A stretch of DNA of 64,000 nt from Octopus sinensis (taxonomy: Eukaryota). Shown in pieces: positions 1 through 12,500 of this stretch. The position numbers and the translations under genes were made by a program. The stretch is taken from NCBI RefSeq assembly GCF_006345805.1, contig NC_043000.1, positions 54,808,001 through 54,872,000 of the forward strand, in the 5' to 3' direction. How positions within the stretch are numbered: the first letter of the stretch is position 1; every line of letters begins with the position of its first letter. Under the pieces are notes generated by a model that made no database searches, was not told the origin of the DNA, and saw only the letters and a list, made by a program, of their open reading frames with translations.

Positions 1-133
1 ATAGTAAAGAAGCGTAAACTTAATTCTACACAAAAAGTCATCTCAGGATCAAAGTATATATAAATGCAGTAAACCTAACTTTGTTCATTAAGACCGGATA
101 GATTGACTCCATATTAAATTATGTGAGTGTGTG

Positions 134-169
<36 letters not shown>

Positions 170-174
170 ATATA

Positions 175-1408
175 CAGGGATTGGACAAAATACTGCAAAT
201 ACCTAGCATCATAGCATCAAAATCTTCAAATGTCTATAAAACCGTCAAAAGCGTGTTTATTGTCAGTTTTTTTTTATTATTAGTGTCGCTCAATATGTTT
301 TGTTAAAATAGCTGTTTCTTTTCAGATATCATCAGAAAAAGATAACTAAAATTCATTAAAATGACAGATATACCGGACATTCAAAGAGGTCAAATTGTTG
401 GCGCTCGTATGTCAGGTGCTAGCTTAACGAAAACAGCCGAAATATTTGGTATATCAAGAAGTACTGTCTCGAAAGTAATGACAGCCTTTGAGAAAGAGGG
501 AAAACATCCTCGTCGAAACAAGACTCCGGAAGGGAACCAAAACTTTCAGAGAGGGACCGTCGGACTCTTATACGAATTGTTCAAAAGGATCACAAAAGTA
601 CAGCTCCCAAAACTACTGCAGAGCTTAATAACCACCTCGAAAACCCAGTTTCTACAAAAGCTGTTCACCGGGAGCTGCACGAAGCCGGATTTCGCGGGAG
701 GGCTGCAATCAGTAAACCACTATTTGAAAAACAAACGTTGCAAAGCGTTTAGAGTGGAGTAAAGACCTACATAATTGGTCCCTAGAGTAGTGGGAAAATG
801 TTATTTTCTCGGACAAGTCATCCTTTGCCACATTTCCGACCGAGTATACGTGCGGAGACAGCCAAAAGAACCATTTGATCCAGACTGCCTTCTTCCAACT
901 GTTAAACATGGAGGAGGGTTTGTAATAATCGGGATTGGAAATCAGCCGGCACAATGGTTTACCTTCATGGCCGAATTAGTAGTCAACACTAAACATTTTA
1001 TCTGATCAAATTCATCCTATGGTTGCGTTAGTGTTTCCGGAGAGAAACGCAATGTTTTAGGATGATAATGCACCAATTCACACAGCTAAAGTTGTTACTG
1101 AATGGCACGAGGAACAGTCTAATGAAGTTGAACATCTTATTTTGTTACTACAGTCCCCTCATCTCGATATTATTGAACATTTAGAAAAACAAGTAAGGAG
1201 TCGATATCTTCCGCCATCATCACTACAAGAAGTGGAAACTGTTTTAGCTGAAGAATGGACAAAAATACTTTTGGAAACAATTCAAGCTTTGTACCAGCCC
1301 ATGCCTCGTAGAATTCAAGCTGTAATTACTGTCAAACGCGGTCTTACCCATATTAAAATAAATTCGCTTGAAATTTTAAGGTCTTTCCATTATTTTGTCC
1401 AACCCACG
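175..1408 (+). mobile_element. Tc1/mariner-superfamily DNA transposon, DD36E (Incomer-like), full length but decayed
   Basis: About 30-bp imperfect TIRs (CAGGGATTGGACAAAATACTGCAAATACCT at 175; reverse complement CGTGGGTTGGACAAAATAATGGAAAGACCT ending 1408), TA on the left. Transposase from 361: MTDIPDIQRGQIVGARMSGASLTKTAEIFGISRSTVSKVM (HTH), CLLPTVKHGGG, DDNAPIHTAKVV...QSPHLDIIEHL. Frameshifts and stops are present. Confidence 0.9.
361..1355 (+). pseudogene. Tc1-like transposase pseudogene, broken across ORFs 361-762, 775-1005 and 1142-1426
   Basis: Recognisable Tc1 motifs in three frames; 36 residues lie between the second catalytic D (DNAP) and E (IIE). Confidence 0.85.
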
Positions 1409-1410
1409 AA

Positions 1411-1419
1411 TATATATAT

Positions 1420-1472
<53 letters not shown>

Positions 1473-1558
1473 ATATATCTATATATATATATATATATCT
1501 ATATATATATATATAATATATATATATATTATATATATATATATTATATATATTATAT

Positions 1559-1605
<47 letters not shown>
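1411..1605. repeat. (TA)n microsatellite
   Basis: Directly visible. Confidence 0.95.
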
Positions 1606-1607
<2 letters not shown>

Positions 1608-3676
1608 CTAAAGAGAGAGGGGGAGGGCGAGATACATACCTACGCTCACAACATACATATAGGTTATGCAGCGTTTATCGAGTCACTCCTCCTTTCCAAT
1701 TCACTTTTAGCGATATGCTTTCATTCATTCAGCATCGTGATGAGAACGAGATGTTTTCAGATTCAATACTAAACAATTACATCGAATTAAGACAACTACT
1801 GGCAAATAATTCTAGATCTACGTAATTTATTAAACAACATTCTGTTTGTTTTGTAATCGAAAACTATTTATGGGTACCGTTCGAAAACATGTTACCGACC
1901 AACCGTTTCCTCTGGCAATGCCATCATCATAAATGCAGGAAACCAATAATTGATGAGTTGGAAACATTACCAATCACAATAGAAAATACGTAGTAGTTTA
2001 CGATAATACTCCTTAGTTACAGCATATATGGTAGATCCGGGATTCTCTTGTTCATTTGACCATTAACAAATTATATGTGAAAAACAATTTTGTTATTGGC
2101 GTAGTTTTCGATCTAGCTCTAAATCCTTTCCGTTGAGTCATCTTGCGCAATGTAGTAAATGCCATTCCATTTGCTATCTCACTTTAGTTGTTTGCAATAA
2201 CTCATAATGACATATCTAAAATTAAATTATAATTGTAAGCTATGATTTGTTAGTCGTTCATATATTGTACAATATATAAGTGCATATACACATATATACG
2301 CCTATTCGAGTATACATGTATGCATTCTTGTATGTATATATATATACATGTAGGTATGGGTGCACATATATACATATGTATTTGTGTGAGAGTGCATGTG
2401 AATCGGTATGTACATGTGTGTGTCTGTATGCGTATGTATGTAGATAAGTATATGCATGTGTGCATGCACAATGGTAGCAGGTTACCTATGGTCTGTGAAT
2501 ATTCATGTTTATTTAAATGTATACACCCTTATTTTCAGCATCTCATACAATTCGAGTTATTCTTGAACTCCGCAACCAAGACCAAATGATTCAGCTATAT
2601 ACCGAGACAACTTATTTTCTTTACTTCGTCTTAATTTTTTTGTTGAGTAATGAAGTGGGGAAATTCAGAAGTTTCTAGAAAAATATTCTCCCATTGAAAA
2701 AATCCCTTATAATAATTTTTTTACTCTATGTACAGTGAACGTCAGCTACTCCAGGATTCAAAATTTGTAATCGTTATTAACATCCTCAATCGGGCAAATA
2801 CAGATACATTGTAAATATGGAATGTTTATGCATGAAGAATGATTAATGACATACCGAGAGACATGAAATATTACGTCAATCACACATGAAATACCAATTA
2901 CTCTGATCGAGCGAAATAAAGCAGTGGAGGTAAAACAGTTAAATCGGGATGGTACAAGGTTGCTTTAAGAAAGACTCAAAAACCATTTGTCTCCTTTTGA
3001 ACATCCTGAAAAGAGAAACGCAACAATATTGATGGTACATATATGATCTTTAATGTAAAGATCATTACCCGGCGGGTACGCGAGATAACGAATGCATAGA
3101 TAAATGAAGCCAGAAAGTGTAGATGTTGTCTAACTCAAGGGACACAATTCTCACAAAACTAGAGATAGCTTTACCTCTGTTTCAGCTCTAATGATGAAGT
3201 ATTTACAACCTATCCTCATACGGATACATGCCTACTGTCCAATTAGAAATCCTACTGTCTAGAACAAAAAAATGCCATTTAGATACTACTTAATATAAAG
3301 TGACCTTTTTTTTCATACGAACCGTTTTTATTCTCTATACATTTCCTCATTTGCTTTATTTTTTCTTGCAAGCTCTAATCCCTTCTATTTTGGTTTTACT
3401 GTTCCCTTCCTTTTCCTTATTTCTTCATGTTTCTCGAATTCTCCTCATGAATAGATTTTACTACTGGTCAAATATTTTCGAACTACTTCAGAGGATCTAA
3501 TATGACACTTCATCTGGAAGTGACCTTTAAAATATTATTTTTCATCGAGTCAGTTCATGGTGGATATAGGATGGGTTACACATGCGATGTTAGCCCGCAT
3601 ATGAATATTTGTTATATACATAGTAAAGTATATATTGCACTCTTCATTAGCAAAACACTGCATACATACGTACATA

Positions 3677-3697
3677 CACACACACACACACACACAG

Positions 3698-3734
<37 letters not shown>

Positions 3735-3814
3735 ACACACACACACACACACACACGAATTAACTAAAGAAAAATCATGGAAGTGCCCCAGCATAGCTGC
3801 AGTGTAGTGTAAGA

Positions 3815-3884
<70 letters not shown>

Positions 3885-3885
3885 T
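3677..3885. repeat. (CA)n and (TA)n microsatellites flanking a 70-bp inverted SINE fragment
   Basis: Directly visible; 3756-3825 is the reverse complement of 4105-4177. Confidence 0.9.
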
Positions 3886-4127
3886 TCAACAATTGAGGGC
3901 AAAATTAATTAATTATTAATCAATTTCACCAAGTGTTCAGTATGCAAAGGGACCATTCAAGGCGAATTCAAATTATTACATTATATAAAAGGGCTTAGTA
4001 AAATAAATTACTTTGCCGCATACTGAACTCATTAGAAATAGCAGCTAAAAAACTTTTTTAAGGCTATTTCTAATACTTAAAGAAAATCTCTCTCATATAT
4101 AGTGTATATATATATTAGTCTTACACG

Positions 4128-4310
4128 ACACTGCAGCTATGCTGGGGCACTTCCATGATTTTTCTTTAGTTAATTCGATCCCAGGATTTCTTTTTGAAGC
4201 CCGGTACTTATTGTATCGGTTTCTTTTGCCGAACCGTTAAGTTACGGAAACGCAAGCACACCGGGAGCGTTTGTGAAGCAGTGATGGTAGCAGAAATACA
4301 GATACACACA
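4128..4310 (-). mobile_element. SINE family A, 3' half
   Basis: Reverse complement matches 20960-21160 (TAACTTAxCGGTTCGGCAAAAGAxACCGAT...CCCCAGCATAGCTGCAGT). Confidence 0.75.
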
Positions 4311-4392
4311 CACACACACATACACAAACACACACACACATAGACAAGCACGCTCACACACAGACGTACATATATCTATATCTATCTATCTA

Positions 4393-4455
<63 letters not shown>

Positions 4456-5617
4456 TATCACAATGCAAGTAAATATACATTCATTGAGTTATACTGTGTT
4501 CTTGTAAGTAATATATATTCCCATCATGCAGACATTATTATCAGTAAAGTGTAAAGACGTGCGTCATGCTTGGTTTTACTTGTTTTAATGAATTACATTT
4601 TGTCTCTAATTCAGTTTAGATTTATGAAAATATGGCGCATTCTTGTTACTGGGTGGCATTTCCCTAGCAACATAATACAGATAAGATGTATATATGTGTG
4701 TGTCTGTTTCTCGAAATGCATTAAACTTATTACTTATTCATACTACTGCAGCCGCGGAACTATTATTTGTGTTATTCCGTTCAGTGGAATAAATTTTGCT
4801 GTAAGTGTATGTCTTTGATTTAAAATTGTCTTTATATATATTGAATGCTACAAAATAGATTATTTTTAATTGGGAAATATGAATAATGTGTTAGTTAACA
4901 TTGGTTCATAGCCTGGTTTGGGATAACAATATATACATATGGATTCAATATTTTCTTAGAAATAATCTACAATAAATGAATTAATGTATTTAGAACAATA
5001 AATTATAAATCAATTTATTAAACAATAAATTACTTTGATGTTAGGTCGTTAATTAGAATTTTTAGTGATGCATCATTTATTGAAAATATTGTTAGATCTG
5101 AAGATGTGTGAAGCATACACTTCCAAATTGCTAAATGGAAGAACAATAGAAAAACAAATTAGTTTTCATACTTTTCAATTACACACTTTAAAAACGGTAG
5201 GAAGGGACTTGCGTGCATAAACGGACTCATGTGCACAAAATATACACACATACACACATTTGTGTGTGTGTACGCGCATGTGACTTGATGTTCGTTTTAA
5301 CACTTTGTATTTAAGAATTTCCATGAAATGCATTTCTTATTATTCGTCATATAAATTAATATGCTTTTCTAAGACAATATTTGTTCATCAAAATTTGATT
5401 AATTATGGTAATTAGATTAATGCTAAAAGGGTAACATTTACTTATTTAAAATAATTGTTTGTCACGTAAATTTATATAGGAATTCTTTTAAACAGAAACA
5501 TGGCGCTTTTCTATGTGCTATTTTGCAAACCTACTGCGAAACAGAGTTATGCTTTTACAAGTCACATTCGTATCACTGCATTTATTATTACTGGAACTTG
5601 GGGGGGGGGCTTTAATT

Positions 5618-5834
5618 GCGATGAGCTGGCATAATCGTCAGGACGCCGAGCAAAATGCTTAGCGGCATTTGGTTCGTCTTTACATTCTGAGTTCAAATTC
5701 CGCCGAGATCGACTTTGTCTTTCGACCTTTAGGATTCGATGAAGTAAGTACCAGCTGAGCGGTGGGGTTGATGTAATCAAGTAGTTCCCCTCCCACAAAT
5801 TTTAGATTGTGCCTATAGTTGAAAGTATTATTAT
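5618..5834 (+). mobile_element. tRNA-derived SINE family B (Nin/Deu-domain-like)
   Basis: GAGCTGGCATAATCG (A-box-like), GAGTTCAAATTCC (B box), then GATCGACTTTGTCTTTCGACCTTTAGGATTCGATGAAGTAAGTACCAG. Homologous to 25921-26152. Confidence 0.75.
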
Positions 5835-6393
5835 GTGAAGCTTTTATTGTTACACATCGACAAAGTCATCTCTCACAACATTCAAACACATCTCCACATT
5901 ACACAGTTACATTTTAAAATTCATTTTGATTTTTATTACCGCGTTTTATAACGGAACGTTACTATTTAGAATTGTTTATTTTTGTGTACACATCACGGAT
6001 TTAAAAGTAATATCGTTCATTTAAATAGAAATGCTTCCAAGTGGATTGACATGCAGATAGAGACAAAGAAAAAAGAAGGAAACAGAGTATGTTAATGTGA
6101 TAGCTGACATCGTCTATTTTCTCAGGTAAGTGTGGAGAAATTCCTGTCGAAAAAATTTGTATGTCATTTCTATTGACAATGTGTATTACAGAGGAGTCGA
6201 AGGAGCTTGAATATAGATAGTAATGTGAGTTGTTTTACGAACTGTTTGAAGTAGTTTAATGAAAACAGGATATTATAGGTAATCCTACAACTTGAAGGGA
6301 AAGCAGTATGGAATAATTCAGGTGTTTAGGTAAATAGAGGGAACCTATGTAGAAACGAGAAAATTTGATCAAAGGAGATTAGGAATTGTTATG

Positions 6394-6433
6394 CATATAT
6401 ATATATATATATATATAATATATATATATATAC

Positions 6434-6496
<63 letters not shown>

Positions 6497-6670
6497 CGGG
6501 GAGACACATACATACATATATGCATATATATATATATATATATTATATGTGTATGGGTGTATGTATATACATGTGTGTATGTGTGCTTGTATGTTTACAT
6601 ATATGTTGTTGTATCTATGTGTGCGTTTGTGCGTGTGTGTACGTGTGTGCGTTTGTGTGTGTGTGTATCT
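6394..6670. repeat. compound (TA)n/(GA)n/(GT)n microsatellite
   Basis: Directly visible. Confidence 0.9.
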
Positions 6671-7324
6671 TGCACTAGTGGTGAATGGTGAGCTTCTAGG
6701 ATTCAATGACTATGTACATCATTTTCAGAATAACATGGATCGAGTCGATGAAGATTCTGATCATATACTTATTTCCATATTGCATTAGAAGGACGCTATT
6801 TGAGCTTTGATGATAATTGATGTTTACCTAGGATGAGAATATATGTTGGCCGTATTAATGTAACTGTTATCGATATAGATATGGTAGACATATATCTTCA
6901 AAGAATATATTCTAGAAGCATAATTCTATACATACTTTCCTTTTCTTTCCTCTTGATCTTGATAAATTATTTGAAGTACACTGAAAACGATTAAATCAAC
7001 AACATACTTCCCAAAACAAGTGATCAACTTCGGCTGAAGTATATATTATGAAACGTTCTTTTATGTCGTAGTTTTGTTTAGGTATTGTTACGCTCCATAT
7101 TTAAAGACTGCTTTTAAGTTGCTCAACGTACATGCGATGAATAAATTTAACGATTTTCATACGATTTACAATCGGAGACCTCTTAATTCATTTGGAAACT
7201 TCTGCGAAGGATTTCTTCCCAAAGTAACGGATTATTGAAACATAGATTACACACACATGTGTGTGTATGAGTGTGTGTATGTGTGCGTAGATGTTTGCGA
7301 ATGTGTGTTTATATATATATGTGT

Positions 7325-7364
<40 letters not shown>

Positions 7365-7665
7365 TGTGTGTAATTCTGTGAGTGTGAATGTGTGTCTGTG
7401 TTTGCCTGTATGCGTAATACTGAAATAAAATGGAAATTAGTAAAAGAATCACTTGTGCTATTCTGAAATATATTTGTATTGTACATCCAAATACAATTCA
7501 GGTGTATACACTTTTGGCTCCTACACGATTTTGCTATATTAGATACTTCTAATTGTTTAACAATGTGTAAATTACTTGCACAGTGATATGTTCAATAATA
7601 TCACACATAATAAGTTATATCATAGCCACAGAGTAGTATCAATACCGAGAGATAGTTTCTATTCT

Positions 7666-7982
7666 CACTTAAACGTGAATGTTCTGTTAGAACAAACTTT
7701 ACTGGCTGCTGATGCAAAATGACGCCTTGTTTATATCGCTAGCGGAAAGATGAATCACCGCCATCTCCAGCGCTGTAACCACCGGAGTGTCCTTCGTCGA
7801 TGAGACCAGGGAATGCCAAAATCCTGTGATCTGGTAATCTCGGTGTTGAAGATGGTGGGGATTTATTTCCCCGCTGCTAATATAAGCAAGAGTGCATTTT
7901 GCACCAGAAGCCAGTATAAGAGTTTTTCTCATAATATCTACCGCAGTAATGTTTCCTCCAACAGAACATCCACGTTTAAGTG
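7666..7982. repeat. old imperfect inverted repeat (arms 7666-7775 and 7841-7982)
   Basis: CACTTAAACGTGAATGTTCTGTT vs reverse complement CACTTAAACGTGGATGTTCTGTT. Similarity continues for about 110 bp, with a roughly 30-nt insertion in the right arm. Confidence 0.85.
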
Positions 7983-9229
7983 GGTAATAGCTAAATTACT
8001 CGATAAGGATTTCTGTTCCTGCTTTCGCTTGTTTCTTTGTAGACATGTTGGCATATATACAAAAGAAATATAGATATATATCTAAGTTTCTATGACTGTG
8101 TACAGAAGAAAATATTAATCAATGAAATTCCGACCCAGTCTGATTTTCACGTTTTATTATTTGCAATATTTATTATTTTACAATTTTACCATATTGAAAT
8201 AAACTAGTACTTTCATGCGTTACGCAATCATCAGATTAACGTAGTGGCAGTCAAGTTACACAATTGACAACTGTAGTGAAATGGTTGGATTTATCTTTTA
8301 AATATGTTCTGATGGGCTCCAGTTACGAAGTGTACTTTGACTCAACAGCATGTGGATTAAATGTCACGGATTGGTGAGCCTACCAACTAAGTTCTAACAG
8401 TATTTCGACCAATCAGTACGTGGCTTAGACGTCACGGTTTGGTGGGCACGTCAAAGGTTCTTTACACTAAAGGAATAATTGTTTGGCTATATTTCGGAAT
8501 GTTGCACACAACACTCCTTGTTTTCATTGAATTCTATTGTTACTTCAGAAATGCTTACATTTCAATCGAGTCATTGTTTATTTCGTCGACACTACTACCA
8601 TTTTCCCATCACTTTTATTGTTGATTTTGTTAGTGGTGATGGTGGTAGCAGTAGTGATAGCAGTATTATTATTATTATCGCCATCATCCGTTTAATTATC
8701 ACCGTTAATATAAATGACTATTTTGAACGAGTTTGAATTTATCAATAAAATTCTTTTCTCTGACATTTCTCACAATTTCACTTGAGTCATGCAGTTTGTT
8801 GAATGAGAATATCATAAACATTATCTGACCACCTGTTGCAATATGCTCGCTTAAATGTACAAAACACAAGCAGAACAGATATTTGATCAAACCATTAAGG
8901 ATAGAAAAACTAGAAGGAAATCATTCTCAAGATCTCAACAAAGTCTACCTATAAGGAGCTGGGCAAAAAAAACGGTCTAGATCCTAGAGTGAACCCATAT
9001 TTTTACACAGATTATTAAAAATAGTATTAACGATAAAATGAAAAACAAAATACAGGACAGAAACCGTAACGAACCAACATACAAAATGTATCGAACAAAT
9101 ATGAACAGTAATAGAAATCATAAAGAAAGAAAAATCTATTTTTTAGCGTCAGGACAACACACACCTTCAATTGCCCTCTGCCATGCAACCCCACGTCAAA
9201 CTACCAACAGAATATGTCCTCCAATATTC

Positions 9230-9405
9230 GAGAACGTTTCCTCCTCCCATCTCACTCCTACCACCTCCAACGTCACTGTCCGTACTCCACGCACTCCCAC
9301 AATTTACTTCCTTTACAAAATCCACAAGCCTGATAACTCTGGCCGCCCTTGTAACTGCCCCACGGAAAATATTTGCAAATACCTCGACCGTGTCCTTGCC
9401 CCTCG
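9230..9405 (+). mobile_element. Penelope-like element reverse-transcriptase fragment
   Basis: PRTPTIYFLYKIHKPDNSGRPCNCPTENICKYLDRVLAP resembles the PLE RT motif P-x-FY-x-LPKIHK-x3-GRPIVS-x4-PTE-x-IS-x-YLD, with a short deletion. Confidence 0.75.
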
Positions 9406-10934
9406 TGGTTTCCCTCCCCTCTCACATGACAGTTGGTTTTCTCGTAGGGTGTAGTGACAAAGTTAGTCACTGAACAAATTACCATGATAAAGCATGAGAA
9501 TGACGGTGGTATGAAATCTATTAGCAGGTAACCGCATGTGGTTTGTACCTGAGGCAGGAGAGTAATTCAAGCTCTTTGGTGTCCAAAATGGTGTGAGGGG
9601 TAGAACACCCCAAACAACCGGAATATATAGGTGCCAGCTTCCACGCCACCATATGCTGTTTTGCCAGTAGTGGGACGTAATTCATCTATCCTCTTTACCT
9701 GGTGGTGTTTGCCTGCAAAGGGACGTAATTCAGTTATCCTCACTATGTTATAGATGGTAAGCGATTCTTTTGTATTATCTCTAGGTTGGTCCTATTAATA
9801 TAACTATCTATTTAAACTCAAAATTTCACCATCTGAAAGTCTCTACCTTTCTGTGTCTCTCATTTTGCGTGTACATGTATATACGTATTTTGTATTCCAT
9901 ACCCAACATATTATATTTAATATATAAACAAGTAAAAAGTAAATGAATATATATATATAAAATATCTTAATAGAATACTTTTTTAAGATACAACACATAA
10001 TATCTACAGAAAAATATCAACAAACTTAGACAGCGAGATGAACATTTATAGTAACGGCATGGTAGACTACACTTCATTTCTATAACTTGTATTTTTTTGT
10101 CAAAACTTTCTGAAGAAAACGAATAAAAAAATTTCTTTTTATATGAATCACAAAGAAAGAAAAAAAGAAAAGGAGAAAAACCATCATGCACCACTCGTAA
10201 TTAATCATTGTTCGCCTATCTTAGAAAGCACATGACCTAGGTATATGCAACTGATAGTTATTTCTCGGCAGCCAAAAATAGCACTGAGCATAAGGTTTTG
10301 TGATGATGTCAGCTAAAATAAGTTTCATCATAAATTTTCTTTCTTTGCAGCCAAAACGTTTAATTTGTCATTTAGACCCCAACGTGAAGTGAAACATGAA
10401 GACTGTCATACGAATATATAAAGATATGCACATATGCTTATACATAGGCGGTCATAAACATGTGTGCCCACACATATTCATACATACTTACACACACATA
10501 ATCTGTCGGAGCTGATCCATCGTCCATGGTTAATACGAATTTTTTATTATGTGTTTTCAGTGACACGAAAGCGAAAATTCCTAGTAGCAACCGGAGTAAT
10601 CGTTTTCGAATAAGTACGTGCATTTAATTATACAGGTTTATAATATTCCGTAAGAATATACTGCAGCATCTTGTACATATTTGGGAAGCTATAAATTGTT
10701 CATATTAATACACACATGCTAATTGAATCTAGTGGATTTGCTGTTAACAGCATTATTATATTTTTGTTTAAATTCTAGCTTATCTAAGTTTTCGTATTTT
10801 TATACGAACAGCACATTACGTAATATATCTAACACATCTAATTCAAATATTTTTATGTATGTATGTATATATGTGGTTGCATCTGTGTGTTTATTCATAC
10901 ACAAATGTATGTATTTACGTACGGATGTATGTAT

Positions 10935-11326
10935 GTATTCTTTTATTCTTTTATTTGATACAGTTCTTTCACTGTGCCCATTAGGAACACCACCTTTAAT
11001 CGTACAAATCAGCCCCAGGACTTCTATCGGTATCTTTTGCCGAAGCGCTAATTTACGAAGACGTAAACATCTATTGTCAAGTGATGGTGGGGGTACAGGC
11101 TAAGACACACAAATGCATACATTTTACATTATATATATATATATACATTATACGTTATATATACGACGGGCTTCTTTCGGTTTCCGTCTACCAAATCCAC
11201 TCACAAGGTTTTGGTTGGTCCGAGATCATAGCAGAAAACCATTGCCCAAGGGGCCACACAGTGGGACTGAACCCGGGAGTATGTAGATGGGAAACAAGCT
11301 TCTTACCACACAACCACTTCTGCACC
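10935..11326 (-). mobile_element. SINE family A, near full length
   Basis: Reverse complement matches 20741-21165: head, CCTTGGGCAA core, GGATTTGGTAGACGGAAAC, (TA)n spacer, 3' half. Confidence 0.85.
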
Positions 11327-11749
11327 TATGTATATAATCCGTATTAGCATAAGTCTTTACTTAGAGATGTTTCTCTGTTTCTTCATATATTGTTTTCTCG
11401 AATTCAACAACAGTACAATTCATTAATTGTAATGGTCTTAAGCGACATTAATTTTTTTTCTCTGCCACGAAGTATTTTAAACGAAACGTACAAATACTTG
11501 CTTTGACAGTGTATAGGATTACAACCAATTTTGCAGACTTTAGTACATAAAATTCACGGAAAAGAAACTAGCAGATGTACGTTGTACTCTAGATTTCAAT
11601 AAGCATTTACACACAGATTCAAACAATAAATTGTAATATACAAAATATACTGTAGTTCACTATTTTCATAATGGATAATGGGAGGTTTTAATTAATGGTG
11701 AAAGGAGTGCTTCCATCCACCCGGTAGGATCTCATCGAACATTTATAGA

Positions 11750-11965
11750 TTTATTCTTTTATTCTTTTACTTGCTTCCGTGATTTGAATGGGGCCACTCT
11801 GGAGCACAGATATTAAGGGGTTTAGTCGAACAAATGGACTCCAGGATTTATGTTTTAAGTCTAATACATATTCCACCGGATCATTTTGTTAAACCGCTAA
11901 GTTACGGAGATGTAAACACACCAACATTGGTTGTCAAGCGATGGTGGGGATACAGAGAAAGACAG
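11750..11965 (-). mobile_element. SINE family A, 3' half
   Basis: Reverse complement contains TAACTTAGCGGTTT and CTCCAGAGTGGCC and ends in an AAGTAAAAGAATAAAAGAAT tail. Confidence 0.75.
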
Positions 11966-12294
11966 GCATTAATATACCTACACGCACAAACTTACACGCG
12001 CTCACACACACACAGACGCACGCACACGCACGCGCGCACACACACACATTGTTCAAATTTGCAGAAAACAAAATACGAGGACAGGTGTAGGAACAACAAA
12101 CTCGTATATTGGTGCATTAGTTAAACTCTCGGGAAGAATGGAAAAGTTCTTGGAAGGTCTGCACTTAAAAATATATATGCAAGAATGTGTAGATGTCTAA
12201 ATATAATACGTATTAGATTCGTGGACAATTTATGCCCTTTTAGTGACGTAAGCTGAGCTAAAATACAGGAAATTTAAATTAAAGGGGCAGTATA

Positions 12295-12500
12295 TACAAT
12301 AATAGCACCAGGTGGCTGAACGTGATGAAGGAGGATTTCCAGAAGCTTGAAATAGCCTTGTGGCGTACAGAAACGCTGCCCCGAGACCGGCAGGGATTAG
12401 GGGCACAGGTGGGCGTGGTCAGCTCCACGCACAGTGACGTACATAGGACTGGACCGCTGACCTGCGATGAGACCAGCCCTATTGTGAACAAGACTACGTG
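12295..12500 (+). mobile_element. RTE-type LINE 3' end fragment
   Basis: WLNVMKEDFQKLEIALWRTETLPRDRQGLGAQV resembles the RTE C-terminal W-x2-V-x2-D...A-x-DR-x2-W motif. Confidence 0.6.

Noticed and set aside
2940-3008. Strong minus-strand acceptor TTTCTCTTTTCAG at 3006
   Set aside because: All frames close within about 70 nt and no good donor follows.
6680-6788. Natural-looking peptide [36 protein letters not shown]
   Set aside because: No recognised homology, weak acceptor, no linked exon.
7699-7932. 77-aa minus-strand ORF (MRKTLILASG...)
   Set aside because: It lies wholly within the inverted repeat, with no recognisable domain or splice context.
7666-7982. Idea that arm differences are biased to G-U pairs on one strand (RNA selection or an ADAR imprint)
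   Set aside because: On listing the differences, wobble-compatible and A-C mismatches occur in similar numbers on each strand, which fits neutral transitions and CpG decay.
9672-9741. 22-bp direct repeat GGGACGTAATTCAxxTATCCTC, two copies
   Set aside because: Only two units; probably internal to an unclassified repeat and not CRISPR-like.
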